57,564 nt of DNA, from IMG/VR virus record IMGVR_UViG_3300004816_000007, positions 1 through 57,564 of that record, one strand, 5' to 3'. This document shows positions 55,573 through 57,564 of this stretch, one piece after another. The stretch comes from a virus (taxonomy: Duplodnaviria > Caudoviricetes). A model generated the notes under the pieces. The model made no database searches and was not told where the DNA came from. It saw only the letters and a list, made by a program, of their open reading frames with translations. The number at the start of each line of letters is the position of its first letter. The stretch's first letter is position 1. The translations under genes and the position numbers were made by a program.

Positions 55573-55767
55573 ATGGAACCAGTTATAACGACACCTGATT
55601 ACACACAGCTAATCGAAACAATAATTCAATATCAACTTGATAATTACGACATACAACAAGAAATCTTAGAGCTATTAACTACTCAAACTGCTTATATAAA
55701 CCTAGTAATGGCTTTAGTATTTTTTATGTCCTGTATATCATTTTATCGCTTTTTAAAGAACAAATAA
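55573..55767 (+). CDS. Small single-pass membrane protein (candidate virion coat protein)
   Basis: Acidic N-terminus, C-terminal hydrophobic helix, basic tail RFLKNK; SD GAGGGG. Confidence 0.55.
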   Translation: MEPVITTPDYTQLIETIIQYQLDNYDIQQEILELLTTQTAYINLVMALVFFMSCISFYRFLKNK

Positions 55768-55852
55768 CAACATAGGGTGTGTGAGAGAGACCTGTCTACC
55801 TCTCACGCCCGTTTTAAATTAACTATTAAAAACGAAAGGAGGAACATTAATA

Positions 55853-57283
55853 ATGTTTAACACAATTCAAAAAATACTAATTACATTACTAATTACAACT
55901 ATATTAATTTTTACTATTTCTCCATATGCTTTTGCCGAAACAGGCGGAGGTGGAGCAACTGGAACGTGGTCAGATGATGCTGTCTCTGGACAATGGGATG
56001 GTGCTTCATACGACCACGCAGACACAGTAAGTCATTTAGATTCACTATTCTTGGATACTTACAACACAGCGAACGGAACATCTTTAAACTCATTAGGTGA
56101 GCTTATAGACGACCCAACTTTCTTGGTTATGTATCAAACAAGCGATAGATTCTTAGAGGTTTGGAAAATTAAAGACGGATTCACTAATGTAGGTGAACTT
56201 AGACAAGTTCGTATAGCTCAAGAAAAAAGTGGGACATACGGTGATTATGTAGATTATTCTAATCTGATGGATGGGTTTGTTCTTTACAATACAGAAAATG
56301 GATTATATTACTTTGACGGTGATAACCTAAACAGACGTGTAATCGCTCAACCTAATGTAGATGAGCCTCTTGATACTTCTTTAATTCAAGAAATTTTTCA
56401 AGATTTTTATTATCGTGAAACTTATGATAATTTGACTAATACTCTTTTATCTACAGACGTTACAGATAATTTTGCTATTCTAGGTCTTTCTAGTTCTTAT
56501 GAATATATATATTCATCTAGATTTATCAGAGACCTTGACCTTAATACCTTATATGCTCCATTTGAGCCTATAACTTATATAGAGCCTGATAGAGATTTAA
56601 CTAATTATCCAACTTGGTTACCTCAGCCACCACTTCCACCTGAAGGTTTTGAATGGAATTATTATTTAATCACTCATGAATCTGTAACTGTCAACGACGG
56701 TCAAGGATTTTGGAATGTATACTATTTTAAAGACTTCCAGCCTGGAATTTGGTATAACATAGAGGATAATATAAACGGCTATTATAAATTTGCTATGACT
56801 GAGGTTTATACAGCTCAATACGTTAACCCTGATAACGGATGGTCTTCTGTTTATCTTGATAGTGGCGAAACATTTGATTATTTGGCTTATGCGACAGAGA
56901 ATTTTCCTTTTGATAAAACCACTTTAGAACAAAAAGATAAGTATGTTGTATCTACTAATTTAGAGCTAACAGATATATTTGCTCCTGATGAGTCAATTGG
57001 CTTTGAGACAGGCTATGAGCCTTGGAATCCTGATAATCTTTCTAATCCCAATATCGTTACTGAGCCAATCGAGTTAAATGTTCCTGATACTGGTGCTGGA
57101 AGTGTTGATTTTAACGAGTCTGTTACTGAAATGAGTGAGTTTATTCAATCAGGTAACATTCAAAACACTTTCAATTTACTTGCTATGACGTTAACGTGGT
57201 TACCATCTCCAATTGTTTCTATTATGAGTTTTGGTTTCTTGGTAGGTTTTCTCGTTATGATAATCAAGTTTGTAAGGGGGTAG
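55853..57283 (+). CDS. Secreted, C-terminally anchored protein (pIII/adsorption protein-like)
   Basis: Signal peptide ending AFA, GGGG linker, acidic/aromatic body, Pro-rich linker, C-terminal TM plus KFVRG; SD AAGGAGG. Confidence 0.55.
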   Translation: MFNTIQKILITLLITTILIFTISPYAFAETGGGGATGTWSDDAVSGQWDGASYDHADTVSHLDSLFLDTYNTANGTSLNSLGELIDDPTFLVMYQTSDRFLEVWKIKDGFTNVGELRQVRIAQEKSGTYGDYVDYSNLMDGFVLYNTENGLYYFDGDNLNRRVIAQPNVDEPLDTSLIQEIFQDFYYRETYDNLTNTLLSTDVTDNFAILGLSSSYEYIYSSRFIRDLDLNTLYAPFEPITYIEPDRDLTNYPTWLPQPPLPPEGFEWNYYLITHESVTVNDGQGFWNVYYFKDFQPGIWYNIEDNINGYYKFAMTEVYTAQYVNPDNGWSSVYLDSGETFDYLAYATENFPFDKTTLEQKDKYVVSTNLELTDIFAPDESIGFETGYEPWNPDNLSNPNIVTEPIELNVPDTGAGSVDFNESVTEMSEFIQSGNIQNTFNLLAMTLTWLPSPIVSIMSFGFLVGFLVMIIKFVRG

Positions 57284-57288
57284 AGTAG

Positions 57289-57534
57289 ATGACAACTAAT
57301 GAGTTTCAAAGCTTAATGGAATTGTTCTCTCACATTTCAGGTCTCTTTATGAACTTCCTTGCTAATTTTCACATAGTAGGTAATGTATCGTTGTTAGATT
57401 TCTTTATCACGTTAGCTGTTGTTAAGATTTCATTTAAATTTCTATTATGGTATTTTGGTGATGAGCTTAGACAGATTGACGTTGAGGCTAGAAAAAAAGA
57501 ACGTATTAAAAAACCATTCACTAAAAAAGACTAG
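57289..57534 (+). CDS. Small membrane protein (pVI-like position)
   Basis: 81 aa, hydrophobic N-terminal two thirds, basic C-terminus, directly after the anchored protein. Confidence 0.5.
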   Translation: MTTNEFQSLMELFSHISGLFMNFLANFHIVGNVSLLDFFITLAVVKISFKFLLWYFGDELRQIDVEARKKERIKKPFTKKD

Positions 57535-57564
57535 GGTAAACCTAGTCTCAGATTGTAGACAAAG

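Larger units (their letters stand above)
53594..57564. mobile_element. Second integrated element (partial), possibly a filamentous/inovirus-like prophage
   Basis: Own large serine recombinase abutting the rlmD remnant; divergent small membrane proteins and a signal-peptide/C-anchor protein. Confidence 0.55.

Noticed and set aside
1-57564. tRNA or rRNA genes
   Set aside because: None recognised by eye; a tRNAscan/Infernal run would be needed to exclude them fully

Overview
AT-rich, Clostridia-like (Firmicutes) chromosomal window. A ~52.75 kb element is integrated in the last codons of an rlmD/rumA-type 23S rRNA methyltransferase gene. The left junction is at ~842 and the displaced 3' end (HVECCCSLKLKK*) is at 53593-53631. 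The two junctions reassemble into a symmetric 54-bp attP centred on a CA dinucleotide. The element is an apparently complete siphovirus prophage with VapE primase-helicase, SNF2, HNH, terminase, HK97-type head, tail, GH18 tail enzyme, holin, amidase, a PolA module and a triple serine-recombinase cassette. Defence cargo sits at both ends. Left: two C5 methyltransferases facing two putative restriction endonucleases, plus an ABC three-component (Lamassu-like) operon. Right: an RHH-like regulator, a DUF262-HNH (GmrSD-like) protein and an unusual 682-aa protein whose ends resemble a split prohead protease. Beyond the right junction a second element begins, with a large serine recombinase and small/anchored membrane proteins that look like a filamentous (inovirus-like) prophage; it is cut by the window end. 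Non-obvious signals: a switchable attenuator-like RNA leader before the phage sigma-like gene, a three-copy bipartite promoter-like motif, an overprinted methyltransferase beta subunit, an ATC-initiated large terminase, a split jelly-roll domain in the tail, and a DeoR-RlmD chimeric first ORF. All family calls come from motif recognition by eye; no database searches were run.
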